A stretch of 64,000 bases of DNA from Octopus vulgaris (GCA_951406725.2 OX597823.1:52390001-52454000); one strand, 5' to 3'; shown: positions 37,915-52,902, counted from the stretch's first letter. A program made the numbers and translations. The notes: a model not told the origin generated them from the letters alone.

Positions 37915-38850
37915 GATCTAGTTCTAATAACTGAGTCACTAACAAAACTAGAGAAGTTTCAGGTGTGGAAGCAAGGTCTAGAATCGAAGGGCTTTAGAGT
38001 CAATCTAGCAAAAACTAAAGTCTTAGTAAGTAGGAAGGCAAACAAATCACAAATCCCTTCAGGTAGATGGCCCTCTCAATCTGTAGAAAAAGTGTAGGTA
38101 GAAACTCTATCAGATGTACCAAGTGTAAGCTATGGAAACATACGAGGTGCAGTAATATTAAAGGAAGGCTTACTAGGAAGAAAGCTTTTGTGTGTGGCAA
38201 ATGAAGAGGGGCAATAAACACTGAAAATGTGCAGAAAACAGCTTCCATCACATGTCAGGGAGAAAAACTAGAAGTAGTTGATAGCTTCCTTTATCTACGT
38301 GACCAAGTCAGTGGTAGAGTGGATGCTCTAAGAATAGCCTGGACAAAGTTCAGAGAGCTCCTACCTCTGCTGGTAACAAAGGGCCTCTCACTCAGAGTGA
38401 AAAGTAGACAGTATGATGCATGTGTGCGAACAGCCAGGCTACACAGCAGTGAAACATGGTTTGTGACTGCTGAGTACATGCATAAGCTTGCAAGAAATGA
38501 AGCTGGATGTGAAATGTCAGTGTGCATACATGACAGAGTATAAGCGCCTTGAGAGAAAAATGGGACCTAAGAAGCATCAGATGTGGTGTGCAAGAGAGAC
38601 GACTGCATTATCTATGGTCATGTGTTGTGTAAGAATGAGAACAGCTTTGAGAAAAAGTGTCACACCCTAACAGTGGAGGGAACCTGTAGAAGAAGTAGAC
38701 CCAGGAAGACCTGGGATGAGGTGGTGAAGCATGACCTTCGAATATTGGGCTTCATGGAGGCAATGACAAGTGACTGAGACCTTTGGAGATATGCTGTGCT
38801 TGAGCAGACCTGGCAAGTGAGACCGTAAACATTGGCCTATGCCAGTATGA
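37915..38850 (+). mobile_element. 5'-truncated RTE-clade LINE, degenerate RT C-terminus with PHD-like Cys/His insert
   Basis: Frameshifted translation: DLVLI..WKQGLESKGFRVNLAKTKVL..NSIRCTKCKLWKHTRCSNIKGRL..FVCG..LEVVDSFLYL..AWTKFRELLPLL..LHSSETW..YGHV..GTCRRSRPRKTWDEVVKHDL. Confidence 0.85.
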
Positions 38851-38929
38851 TGAGGATATATATATTGTATTGGATTTAATTTTATTAATATATATATATA
38901 TATATATATGTAGATAGATAGATAGATAA

Positions 38930-39007
<78 letters not shown>

Positions 39008-39674
39008 GGATAGATAGATAGGGAGAGAGAGAGAACAACAGAAAGATAGAGTGAAAGGTATATTGATAGACAGACCAACAGATAATTTCGTCAGAAACAT
39101 CTCCCTACTTGAATGGGCCATTATACTACAAAACTTGTTTTGAAAATGTTTCAACAGATCCTACGAGGTGGTGCTATTAGGTTAGACATGGCCTAGCCCA
39201 ATCTTTGGCCAAAATATATCTAAGCTATCTGTTGTAATTAATGCATTTGTGAACATATTTGTGTTAAAATACACTGTCTTTGTTTCAGTTCTCAAAAATA
39301 ATGAAGAATTTATTGAAAAAAATTGCCATTATTTAGAAGGGGTTTGGCATGAAGAAACATATAATTTTGATGCAATGGTTTCAATTAGATCACTTTGAAA
39401 CGGAAAATTTGTGTAATAGAACTGGGATCAGTCTTAAGTGAGTTGATATTAAAAGTGCTAAATAGACAGAAAAACAAACAGACAAACAATTACATAGATA
39501 GCAAGATGGAAAGATAGATGCGAATCTAACATTTAATATTCATTGTGAGTGAACAAAACGTTTTCAGTGGTATTTACTGATTGAAGATGCTATACTATTA
39601 AGATGGACAAATTTATTAATGACAGTAGAATTCAATGGAACTAAAATTCAAACCTAGGGGCTGATTTAAATACA

Positions 39675-40085
39675 GGTGCAAGAGTGGCTATGTGGTAAGT
39701 AACTTGCTTACCAACCACATGGTTCCAAGTTCAGTCCCACTGTATGGCACCTTGGGCAAGTGTCTTCTACTATAGCTTCGGGCCGACCAAAGCCTTGTGA
39801 GTGGATCTGATAGATGGAAACTGAAAAGAAGCCTGTCATATATATATATCTCTATATATGTGTGTGTGTGTGGTGTGTCTGTGTTTGTCCCTCCAACATC
39901 GCTTGACAACCGATGCTGGTGTGCTTACGCCCCCGTAACTTAGTGGTTCGGCAAAAAGAGACCGATACCATAAGTACTAGGCTTACAAAGAATAAGTCCT
40001 GGGGTCAATTTGCTTAACTAAAGGCGGTGCTCCAGCATGGCCACAGTCAAATGACTGAAACAAGTAAAAGAGAGTAAAAGAGAAT
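39675..40085 (+). mobile_element. SINE family A
   Basis: Full-length match. Confidence 0.88.
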
Positions 40086-40123
40086 ACATACGGACGAACA
40101 TACAAACATATATACATACATAC

Positions 40124-40159
<36 letters not shown>

Positions 40160-40165
40160 TTATAA

Positions 40166-40397
40166 GGGTGGTGAGCTGGCAAAATCATTAGCATGCTGGG
40201 TGAAATGCTTAGTGTTATTTCGTCTGCCATTATGTTCTGAGTTCAAATTCCTCCGAGGTCAAATTTGCCTTTCATCCTTTTGGGGTCGATTAAATAAGTA
40301 CCAGTTGTGCCCTGGGGTCAAGGTAATCAAATTAATCCCTTTGTCTATCCTTGTTTGCCCCCTTTATGTTTAGCCCCCTGTGGGCATTAAAGAAATA
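40166..40397 (+). mobile_element. SINE family B
   Basis: Full match. Confidence 0.85.
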
Positions 40398-40475
40398 TAT
40401 ATATATAGAGAGAGAGAGATAAAAATGGATATATGTATATATCCTATATCTAGCCATCTATATATATATACGCAT

Positions 40476-40900
40476 CTTTTATCTTTTACTTGTTTCAGTC
40501 ATTTGTCCATGCTGGGGCATGACCGTGAAGATACACATATATACAGACCAAACAAATTGAACTAAGGACATTTTTTTTAAAGCCTTGTACTTATTCTATT
40601 CATCTCTTTTGCCAAACTGCTGAATTACAGGGACGTAAACACACCAATACCAGTTGTCAAGCAATGGTGGGGACAAACACAGACAAAAAGACACACACAC
40701 ACATAGTCATATGCACGTATATATATATATATACATATATATATGACAGGCTTCTTTCAGTTTCCGTCTACCAAATCTACTCACAAGGATTTGGTCAGCC
40801 TGAGTAGAAGACACTTACCCAAAGTGCCATGCAGTGGGGCTGAACCTGGAACCATGTGGTTGGAAAGGAAGCTTCTTATCACACAGCTACACCTGTGCCT
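40476..40900 (-). mobile_element. SINE family A
   Basis: Reverse-complement match, diverged. Confidence 0.8.
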
Positions 40901-41029
40901 ATGTGTAAATATACACACACAAACGCGCAGAAGTACATGTATACATACAAATTCACATGCATACAGATAGGTGTATATATTTCTATACACGTTTATGTGT
41001 ATATGTGTATATATGTGTATCTGTGTGTG

Positions 41030-41077
<48 letters not shown>

Positions 41078-41129
41078 CATTTATATCTATCTATCTATCT
41101 CTCTATCTATTTCTCTATCTATCTCTCTC

Positions 41130-41186
<57 letters not shown>

Positions 41187-42099
41187 ATATCTATCTATCT
41201 ATCTATCTATTCAGACAGATAGCTATTTGCAATATCAGTGAATGTTTTATTCCATTTTCTATACATACAAAGTGAAAGATTTTATCTAGGCATACGGGTG
41301 TGAGTACACATCATTGACAAGGCTTAACAAATTCAATGTATGTCTGGCATTGGTGCTAACCAGTGTTTAAAGGATTATATAAATTTTGTGTTTTAAGCAC
41401 AGCTTGTCTGTAAGAGATGTTATCTCAGATGAATACCACATTAGCTTGCATATCAACGATGTATGTAGTTTATGATATACTCATAGCTATCTTTTATCTT
41501 TGACTTGTTTCACTTGTAAAAACTGTGGCAATGCTGGGGCTCTGCTTTGAATATCAGTCACAAAATTCAACCCAAGTACTTTCTTTTTACTTATTTAAGC
41601 ATGGTACTTATTTTATTGTTTCTTTTGATGAACCTCTAAGTTATAAAAATGTAAATACACCAATACTGATTTTTGAAGCAGTGATGGACAAACAGACACA
41701 AAGTCACACACACACACACACACATTCTTTCTACAATAGGTGCAAGGCCTGAAATTTGGCCGGAGGACGACAGTTGATGACAGTTGATTACATAGAGGCT
41801 TGTACTCAACTAGTACTTATTTTATCAACTCTGAAAAGATGAAAATTGACCTTGGCACATTTTGATCTCAGAATGTAAAGATAGACAAAATGTCATGTAA
41901 GAATTCTGTCTGCCATACTAATGATTCTGCTAGCTTGCCACCTTACATATATATTCATATGATAAGTTTTTTTCAATTTCCATTTACCAAATTCACTCAC
42001 AAGGTAGACAACACTTATCTGATGTGCCACACAGTAGGACTGAACTGGGAACCATGTGGTTGGGAAGTAAACTTCTTACCACACATCCATTCCTTGCAT

Positions 42100-42800
42100 T
42101 CTTTTATTCTTTTGCTTGTTTCAGTCATTTGACTGTGTCCATACTGGAGCTTCATCTTGAAAGGTTTTTAGTTGCATGAATTGACCCCAGTATTTATTTC
42201 CTTAAAAAGCTGGTTACTTATTCTATGAATCACTTTTTGCCAAACCGCTAAGCTATGGGGACGTAAACACACCAACAGCAATTGTTAAGCAGTGATGGGG
42301 GGAACAAAAACAGACACAAAAACACACACACATAGATATATGCATACATATGTATATACATATGTATGTATATATATATTTTACTTGTTTCTGTCATTTG
42401 ACTGTGTGACTGTGGCTATGCTGGAGCACTGCCTTGAGGATTTTTAGTCGAACAAGTTGACCCCACTTTTACTGAACTACTAAGTTACAGGGATATAACC
42501 GATAAGTTACAGCGTCGGTTGTCAAATGACAGCAGGGAGACAAACACAGACACACACACACATATATAATAGGCTGCTTTCAGTTTCCATCTACCAAATC
42601 CACCCACAAAGCTTTGGTCAGCATGAGACTATAGTTGAATAAGACTTAGTTCTTATTAGTGAGCATTGCTGCCAAGGGCTAAAGATACTTGTGTTACCAT
42701 GTGTGTATTGACCATTTGACCAAGGTGTCATGCAGCAGGACTGAACCTGGCACCGTTCAGTTGGGAAGTAAGCTTCTTACCACACAGACATACCTGTACT
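42100..42800 (-). mobile_element. Cluster of SINE family A copies and fragments
   Basis: Two tails (42100, 42380) and a head (~42580-42800). Another head lies at 43283-43443. Confidence 0.7.
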
Positions 42801-42814
42801 TGTATGTGTGTGTA

Positions 42815-43280
42815 TTTATAATCAAAGGTACAAGATAGAACACGGCATTGCTAGAAATAAAAATCAAAGCAACTCAAAAACCACAGTATTCGCTTCTACA
42901 CAATGGTGAATTCAGGGAAATGAGTAAATATAAAAGCCAACTTACCAATAGCGAGTGAAAATCACAAATGATTTGCAGATGTACTCATATCACATGATTT
43001 CAAACCCTATGATAAACACTTAGTTCTTATTAGTGAGTATTGCTGCCTAGGGCTAAAGATACTTGTATCACCATGTGTGTATTGACCATTTGAATGCAGC
43101 GGCAAATTCAAAAATGATCAAAGTGAATAAAATTACAAAAATATATAAAGATATTATTATTAATAAATAATGATAATATAAGTGGCTAGCAAGCATAAAA
43201 TAATCATAAAGGTAAAATTATTAATTTATAATCAAGGGTACAAGATAGTACACAGTATTGCTTGAAATAAGAGTCAAAAT
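42815..43280 (-). repeat. Remnant with a partial tandem terminal duplication (PLE-like); related piece at ~51455-51510
   Basis: TTTATAATCAA.GGTACAAGATAG.ACAC.G.ATTGCT.GAAATAA.A.TCAAA occurs at 42816 and 43225. Confidence 0.45.
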
Positions 43281-43870
43281 GTCAGGCTTCTTTCAGTTTC
43301 CGTCTACCAAATCCACTCACAAGGCTTTGGTTGACCTGAGGCTATAGTAGAAGACACTTGTTCAAGGTTCCACACTGTGGAACTGAACCTAGAACCATGT
43401 AGTTGGGAACCAAGCTACTTACCACACAATCATGCTTGTGCCTGCGTGTATATAGAATATTTTAATCTGTAATCATATGTCCAGCAAAATATATTTTGCT
43501 TAGCTTATGGCTCTTTGGCAACCAAGTACTTTATTCTAAGTGGCCAGACATAACTTCTTATCGCAATTATCACTCCTTGGGATGTGTGTGTGTGTGTATA
43601 TGTGTTATGGGAGAATCCTAAACATCCCCATGTGACTGAAGGTGGACTAACCAATTAAAATAAATTGAACTGAGTGAACTGTCAATTGGTAGCTGACAGT
43701 GTTAGTTCAACAGTCTGTAGTTGAACAGTGAATACTGAGTATGTTCGAGTAGTATGGAGTGCATTCTGTGTTAACATACATCACTGCAATAGGTTATTTT
43801 TAGATAACCACAACCAACTGTTTATTTGTGTAATATCATTTTACACCAGACATGCATAACCACATCATAG

Positions 43871-44180
43871 GTGGAGGCACATGGCCTAGTGGTTAGAGCA
43901 GTGGACTTGCGGTCGAGGGATCGCCGGTTCGAATCTTAGACAGGGCGATGTGTGTGTTTATGAGGGAAACACCTAAGCCCCACGCAGCTCCAGCATAAGG
44001 TAATGGTGAACTTCTGCTGACTCTTTCGCCACAACTTTCTCTCACTCTTTCTTCCTGCATCTTGCAGCTCACCTGCAACAGACCGGCGTCCTGTCCAGGT
44101 AGGGAACCTATACGCCAAGAAACCGGGAAACCGGCCCTATGAGCCAGGCATGGCTTGAGAAGGAACAAAAATAAAAACAA
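43871..44180 (+). mobile_element. tRNA-derived SINE (family C-related)
   Basis: TGGCCTAGTGGTTAGAGCAG..GGTTCGAATC. Shares its tail with 54234-54488. Confidence 0.8.
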
Positions 44181-44931
44181 AGCACATCATAGCAATGTGT
44201 GTGTGTGTCTGTTGGGTGGGAGGGTGGAGCTCTGTATATTGCTGATATAAATTCAGATTTGATTAACCAAATTATATGCTCTCAAATTAACTTGTATCTA
44301 ACATATCATGCTACAAAAACAAGCACCCTTCAAATAATTCCCATACAGAATCAATGTGACTAAGAGTGACAAAACTGCACCATTTACATAAAAGACACAG
44401 TTCAGCTGCTGGATTTTTTTGATATAAGTGAAATAAGCATTAGCGATATATTGCCCCAGAATGAATCTGCAAGAGCTACTCGATGGTTTAGCAAGCTTTT
44501 CTGAATCCATTGCAATCCTTTTGTATCTTCAGCAGGTATCTCAGGGTTGCAAGCATTTCACCCCTTAGCCTGTGCACTTCACCTGAGGAGGGCAGCAAGG
44601 ACTGACCCTGTCTTCACCTACATTTAAATACACACGCCTGGTGGTTCGGACATGCTACACCATAGCCAAGTCTAAGGCGCATATGCATAGATCAACGCTG
44701 GTCTTGTTTTTTACCGTGGATGGGGCCATCACACCTTGAAAGTTATGCCATTGCCTACGAGCAGCACCCCACCACTGCTAACATGCAGGCTAGGATGTAT
44801 GGTAGCTGCTACAACCTAGTGTCAGCAGAGGACCCACCGGAAGGGGTTGATTGAAATTGGTGCTCTCTGACACTTGGCCTCTCCTGTGTGCAGGTAACTT
44901 TCAAGGCACACACACATATATATTATATATA

Positions 44932-45506
<575 letters not shown>

Positions 45507-46162
45507 TTGGCCACATACACCCATATAATGAAAGTGATTATTTACATGTGGGCATGTCTAAATATATATAATATGTATTAATGTAAATAGTATGTTAAAA
45601 TTTATTTTATACATTTATATGACACATATGTGAATAAATTTAAAATGTAAAATTTGTTCGTATGTATCTATGTGTCTGTATGTTTGTGTGCTTCAGTAAA
45701 TAGAATTATATGAACACATTCACAATTTACATAAGCTTGGAATATGCATAAATATTCAAATTTTATGTAAAGTACGTTGTTAATATTAGATATAACATGT
45801 TATTAAATATAATTGTAAATTTCAAATGCATTCAGGCATATAGCATCAACTTCAATATAGAATATCCTATGACATAAAAATGTATGTATAAACTTGGATA
45901 TGTACAACTGCACACAGATGTATTTATAAACATCATTTTGGTATCATCATCATTTAGCATCCATAATTCGTGCTGGCATGGGTTAGATTATACATATAAC
46001 ATAGATATACATGTGGAATAATATGTATAAACATACATAGTTATAAATCTATTCACAAATGTATGTACATACATGGAAATATAAAAGGATATGTATTTCA
46101 ATTTACATGTATATAATTATACATAAATACCCAGCCTTTGTTGTCTGATTATAACTCTCTGT

Positions 46163-46223
<61 letters not shown>

Positions 46224-46556
46224 TGAGAGAGAGTGAGAGAAAGAGAGAGTGCGTGTAGTGGTGGGTGTTGTTCATGTGCAAATGGATATAAAAATTAAAG
46301 TTTATTTCATGATATTATTTATGAATCATTATATATCACTACATATCTAATGCTCAGATGTTTCAAACTTTCTTACGCATATCCATTCATTTAAATCTAT
46401 GTAGAAACAAAATGTACACATGCACACACACATACACACACAGGTAAATATATATACATATATATATATACATATAGATACATATATACACACACACACA
46501 TATATATACATATATTTATATACATATATATGTATATAGATATAGGTGTATATATG

Positions 46557-46615
<59 letters not shown>

Positions 46616-46796
46616 GAGTATGTGTGTGTGTATATATATATATATAATATACATATATGCATGTATCTATGTATATGTATCTGTATATATATATACCTAT
46701 TATTTTAAGGAAATTAACTCACCAAAATATTACGTATTGAGCCAGTATTTCCTTGAATAACATCATCCTTTCATGAGGCTAACATAACCTCTAATC

Positions 46797-46830
<34 letters not shown>

Positions 46831-46994
46831 ATATATATATTACCCATATATATATATATATATATATATTTATATTTCGGAATGGTCATTAAATATTTTT
46901 GCCAAAAAAAAAAATGACCATCTCGAAATACAACAGTACCTGTTTCAGTACATGATTTCACATCAGGAATCTTGCAAAATGAATATATATATTC

Positions 46995-47420
46995 TTTTAT
47001 TCTTTTATTCTGTTACTTGTTCCAGTCATTTGATTGCGGCAATGCTGGAGCACCACATTTACTTGAACAAATCAACCCTAGGTCTTATGCTTCGTAAGCC
47101 TAGAACTTATATTATCAATTCTTTTGCTGAACTGCTGAGTCACAGTGAAGTAAACACACCAACATCAATAGAGGTGTAAACACAGACACACAAATGCATA
47201 CATATATATATAGAGAGATTCAGTATGGAATTTTGTCAGTGACCAGGTTGCGGTCTTAATGCGATGAAAATATTTTGGCAAATTCAATTTAAATGTTGAA
47301 CTGAATCTAACAGTTTTTGTGTGTTTTTGAAATGACTTATAAACACCTTCCATTCAGCAATTGATGTTGTTTCAGCACAAAATCTCAGATCAGGTCTCTT
47401 GCTATGCAAGTACATCTCCG

Positions 47421-47465
<45 letters not shown>

Positions 47466-47800
47466 AGGCTTCTTTCAGTTTCTATCTACCAAATCCACTC
47501 ACAAAGCTTTGGTCGGCTGAAGGCTATAGAAGACACTTGCCAAAAATGTCATGCAGTGGACTGAACCCAGAAACATTTGGTGGGGAAGCAAACTCCTTAC
47601 CACACAGTCACTCCTGCACCTACACATATATATATGTTCATCTTTCACCTTCACTTGTTCAGTCATTAGACTATGGCCTGGCAGGGACACCAGCTTGAAA
47701 AACTTTACTCGAAGGAATTGACCCTCAATACCTATTTCATTTTGTTAAGCCTAGTACTTATTCTATCATCCACTTCTGCTGAACTAGGCCCTAAACACTG
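46995..47800 (-). mobile_element. SINE family A fragments
   Basis: Tail at 46995-47195, head at 47465-47620, second tail at 47640-47790. Confidence 0.65.
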
Positions 47801-47815
47801 ATTGCCAAATGGCAG

Positions 47816-47851
<36 letters not shown>

Positions 47852-47891
47852 CAAAGGCACACACATATAGTTATCTATCTATCTATCTGTA

Positions 47892-47925
<34 letters not shown>

Positions 47926-47931
47926 TCCATC

Positions 47932-47963
<32 letters not shown>

Positions 47964-48041
47964 TATCTGTATCAGTCTATCTATCTATATAGGTTTGTGT
48001 TTGTATGTTTTTATATTTATGTGTGTGTGTATGTCTGTGTG

Positions 48042-48085
<44 letters not shown>

Positions 48086-48303
48086 GAAAAGGAGAGAGAT
48101 ATCAAATCTGTCTTTTAAGTTTGGAAACGTGAAATTTTAATTCATAATGTCTTCTCTACATACTTAAAAAGCCAATATATGCAGTGGATACGTTTCTATG
48201 TTTGCTGTTGCACACTTACATAATATGAGTGAGCATACATGTGTGAATCCAACTCACTCTCTCGTTCTCTCTATTTCTCCCTCTCTCTCTCTCTCTGTAC
48301 ACC

Positions 48304-48335
<32 letters not shown>

Positions 48336-48411
48336 CGGATATTATATATGCATGTAAATATATTTATGCATATATATATATGTGTATATCTCTATATATT
48401 TATCTATATAT

Positions 48412-49745
48412 TAGGACTGGCTGTGTGGTAAGATGTTAGCTTCATAACCACATGGATCTGGATTCAGTCCCACTGTGTGGCACCTTGGGCAAGTGTCTTC
48501 TACTATATCCTCCAGCCAGCCAAATCTTTCTGAGTGGATTTAGAAGATGGAAACTAAAAAAAAATCCATCATATATACAGGGTTGGCCAAAGTCACATTA
48601 CAGCAGTGGTGGCTCATGTATAGGAACAGCAGAACTGCAGCACCCACTATTCCCACTTGATATTATCGATAACATACAGTATAATGAGCCCTTTTTTGTT
48701 TAATTCTATCTTTATACTTGTACATTATATAATCCTTAGCCATCCCCCAATTTATGAAAAAATACAAAATTCCTTGTATAAAACTGTGCATTTCACAGTT
48801 CCAGCAATGCAGTGTTTGGCTGTTGTGCACATATTCACATGTCCAAAATGTGAAGCTTTACACTAGGAAGAGAGAGCACTGTGTGAACAACAGTGCTGGG
48901 TTAAAGGTAGTGTTTCTTTTTGGCTCCATGTGTGTTGTACTTAAAAACGTGTTTATATTCTTGAATGTGATAAAGTGAAGAATTAGATTGTTATCCTGCT
49001 TCCGGCTTCAGTATTACTGCAAGTATTTGAAAAATAGGGCACGTTCCCCTCAACTGATTTTGTGATTTAGGTGGGATTTTTGAAAAACAAGGGGGAATTT
49101 GTGGCAGTGTACAGTGGACAAATTGAACACACTCTCTGGCAGTGGCTAAAACATGAACCGATCATGTTTATGTATAAATTTCTTTTCATATATTTGTTTC
49201 CTTTTACACAATATTAAAACAAAGGTTAAAATTTTCTGAAGGAGCACTCCACTAATTTTATCTATGAGCCGCCTCTGCCTGACAGTAGATTAAAACCATC
49301 TAATTCCAAGATTTACTTATGTTTAATAAAAGCATCTAAATATGAAACATCATGAAAATTGTTCAAGCTGAAGTCCTTCTTGAGCGACACCATTTTTCCA
49401 AATGAATAAATAAAATTGAATATTAAGTATTTATGGAAATTTGATTTACTGTCAATCATATATATACAATCCTGTATATATATGTATGTATATATTTATA
49501 TATGTATGCATATATTTGTGTGTCATTGTTTGTTGCACCCTGCCCACCAACCATTTGCTTGACAACTGATGCTGGTGTGTTTACATTCATGTAACCTTAC
49601 AGTTCATCAAAAGGATTCGATAGAATGAGTACTAGGCTTACAAAGAATAAGTCATGGGGTCGATTTATTTGACTAAAAGTGGTGGTCCATCATGGCCAGA
49701 GTTAAATGACAGAAACAAGAAAAAAGAATGAAAGAATAAAAGAAT
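48412..49745 (+). mobile_element. SINE family A split by nested DNA transposons
   Basis: Head at 48412-48575, tail at 49515-49745. Confidence 0.75.
48604..49277. mobile_element. hAT-type non-autonomous element nested in a Tc1-like MITE (~48578-49474) within a SINE
   Basis: TIRs CAGTGGTGGCTCAT / ATGAGCCGCCTCTG. 8-bp TSD CATTACAG / CCTGACAG (6/8 match). Confidence 0.65.
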
Positions 49746-49887
49746 TTATGTGTGGCATATCACCAGATCCAAAAACCTGTTGGCCCATGACCTATATATA
49801 TATATATAGCAATATAGCATACATACGCACACACACACATATATATATATATATCATCATACATATATATATATATATACTTATATT

Positions 49888-49918
<31 letters not shown>

Positions 49919-50029
49919 ACAAATATGTGTGTGTGAAAGAGAGAGAGCAGCATACTTGCATAAGTGTGCCCTTATCCTGATTTTGATTCCTTAACACTTC
50001 CAGAAAAATGGATATTTCTAACAGGCACA

Positions 50030-50412
50030 GACATTTATGTGTGATAAGGAGCATGTTCCTCAATCACATGGTTCTGGGTTCAGTCGAACTGTGTGGCACC
50101 ATAGGTAAGTGTCTTCTATAGCTTAGACCAGCCAAAGTCCTGTGAGTAGATTTGGTAGATTGAGACTGAAAGAATCCCTTCGTATGTGTGTGTGTGTGTG
50201 TTTGTGTGTGCGCTTGCCCACCACCACTACTTGAAAACCAGAGTTAGTGTGTTTACATCTCATTAACTTAGTGGTTCAACCAAAGAAAATGATGAATGAT
50301 AGAATAAGTACTAGGCTTAAGAAACAAAAAAAATGTTCTGGTGGATTTGTTCACCTAAGAGCCAGCTTGTCCACAGTCAAATGACTGAAATACATAAAAG
50401 ACAAAAATTAAA
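50030..50412 (+). mobile_element. SINE family A (older)
   Basis: Diverged match. Confidence 0.75.
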
Positions 50413-50437
50413 GAATATATATGTGCGTGCATATGTA

Positions 50438-50568
<131 letters not shown>

Positions 50569-50920
50569 GTATGTGTATGTATATGTCTATCTATGCATGT
50601 ACAGGCAGAGAGAAAGAGAGAAATACGGTGGTGCATGTTTATACATGCTTGGGCACCAACACCAACTGACAAGCTTGAACAGTTTAAAATTATATAGAAA
50701 TATGAAGACACAGAAACCCAGCCAGACATGCATCCACTCGCATACATATACACTAACACTCATGTACACAAACACACAGTATGCATAAATATGATTATAT
50801 TTTTTAAATAATTAAGTATCATTTCATTAATTACATCATTGATCAATGCAGGTGATGCAAATATATAAACAGAAGGAGAGATTATTTCAGTGAAATTCAT
50901 AGATTCATAGCTAAAAATAC

Positions 50921-50955
<35 letters not shown>

Positions 50956-51128
50956 TACATATATGTGTATATATATATGTATGTATATATATAGATATAT
51001 AGATAAATTTACATATATATATATATATATATACATATTTGTACTCATATATAAGTATATATATATGCATATATAAGTACATATATATATATATCTGTAC
51101 ATATGTGTATTATATATATATGTATATA

Positions 51129-51162
<34 letters not shown>

Positions 51163-51221
51163 CATATATATAAGCACATATATATATAAATGTACATATA
51201 TGTATCTTTATATATATACAT

Positions 51222-51318
<97 letters not shown>

Positions 51319-52291
51319 AACATAGATAGATAGATAGATAGATACAAAATAATATGGGTGGCTTATTAGCAATTTACCAACCATGGGTAGCTTATTAGTA
51401 ATTCAACAACCAAAAGCAAATTACTAGACACCACTTAAGTGAGAGAGGATACTAATTAGTACCAGTATTGCTAGAAATAAGAGTCAAGACAACTCAATAG
51501 TCACTATCTTAATGACTGACAAGAAGAGGTAGTATTTATGAATATATATGTGTGTGTGTGTGTGTAAATATGTATGTGTGTGTGTGCATATAAATATATG
51601 TGTGTGTGTGCATGTGTAAGTGTGTGTATTTTAGAAAATGGAAATTACATCACATATATTGTAATCTACCATTATACGTGCTGGTATGTGATGTCAAGTA
51701 TTGCATCAAATATTTAGTTCCCATGCAAAAGAAGTTGATTAAAATTTTATCTTCTAACAATAGTAAATAATTAAATATTAATTTGAATATATATTCACTA
51801 TAACTTAATAATTTATGGAAGTGCTAGCAAAAATACATTATTTACGTAAGAACTACTATATATATATATGTGTGTGTGTGCATGTGTGTGAGTGTTGATA
51901 TGTATGTTTATATTTTTATATAAGTACATATGCATATTCACATATTATTTTTTATCACCCTCTCCCTCCCTATCACTCTCACTCAGTATACATATATACA
52001 TATTATATATACATATATATATGATGATGATGATATATAAATATCTGTATGTCAAGAGTTGCGGATAAGCCAACTTCACAGCAGCCGGAGGGAGTGAGTG
52101 CCACAACATCAAACTTCCCCATTCATCAAATGTCAACAATTAAAGGATGATGAATGAAGGTGTACCAACAACAATTGGCTGTGCCCCTGCATGGGCATAG
52201 CCACTGAAGTGAAGCAAAAATGCAAAACATATATATACATATTTATATGTAAACATATTATCATTAAAACATGTGTGCATGTGTGTATATA

Positions 52292-52329
<38 letters not shown>

Positions 52330-52594
52330 TATATACATATATACATATATAAACAAACACATATATATATATATATATGTATGTAAGTATATAGGCTGGA
52401 GATTCAAAAGATTGCAGCAGTATTGAACTCTCTTCTTCACCAAAAGCTAATCGCATGAAATTGTCCATTGAAAAAGTGATTACTCTAGCAGTGCCCCAGT
52501 ATGGCGACAGCCTGAGGATTAAAAAGTATAAAGAAATAAAAGAATATACATACATTTATATACATACGTATATATATATATATATATATATATA

Positions 52595-52888
52595 TCACCG
52601 TGTCTGAGCAGGCTATCAGATGTTGCTACACATCACTGGTCACAATGCACTTTGCATTGTTTTAGCCTTCAAGTGATGCCACCATGCTGGCGAAGTGAGC
52701 AGACCAACAGAAGAAAGAGTGAGAGAAAGTTGTGGTGAAAGAGTACGGCAGGGATTGCCACCATGCCCTGCCGGAGCCTCATGGTGCTTTAGGTGTTTTT
52801 GCTCAATAAACACTCACAAAGCCTGGTCTGGGAATCGAAACCGCGATCCTACAACTGTGAGTCCGCTGCCGGGCCATTGTGCCTCCAC
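52595..52888 (-). mobile_element. tRNA-derived SINE sharing its head with 43871-44180 but with a different tail
   Basis: Reverse complement has a GTGGAGGCACAATGGCC head and ACCACAACTTTCTCTCACTCTTTCTTC. Its tail is also present at ~29105-29180. Confidence 0.72.
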
Positions 52889-52902
52889 ACACACATCTAT
52901 AA

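Noticed and set aside
43871-43945. tRNA gene
   Set aside because: tRNA-like A/B boxes run directly into a SINE body with no proper acceptor stem.
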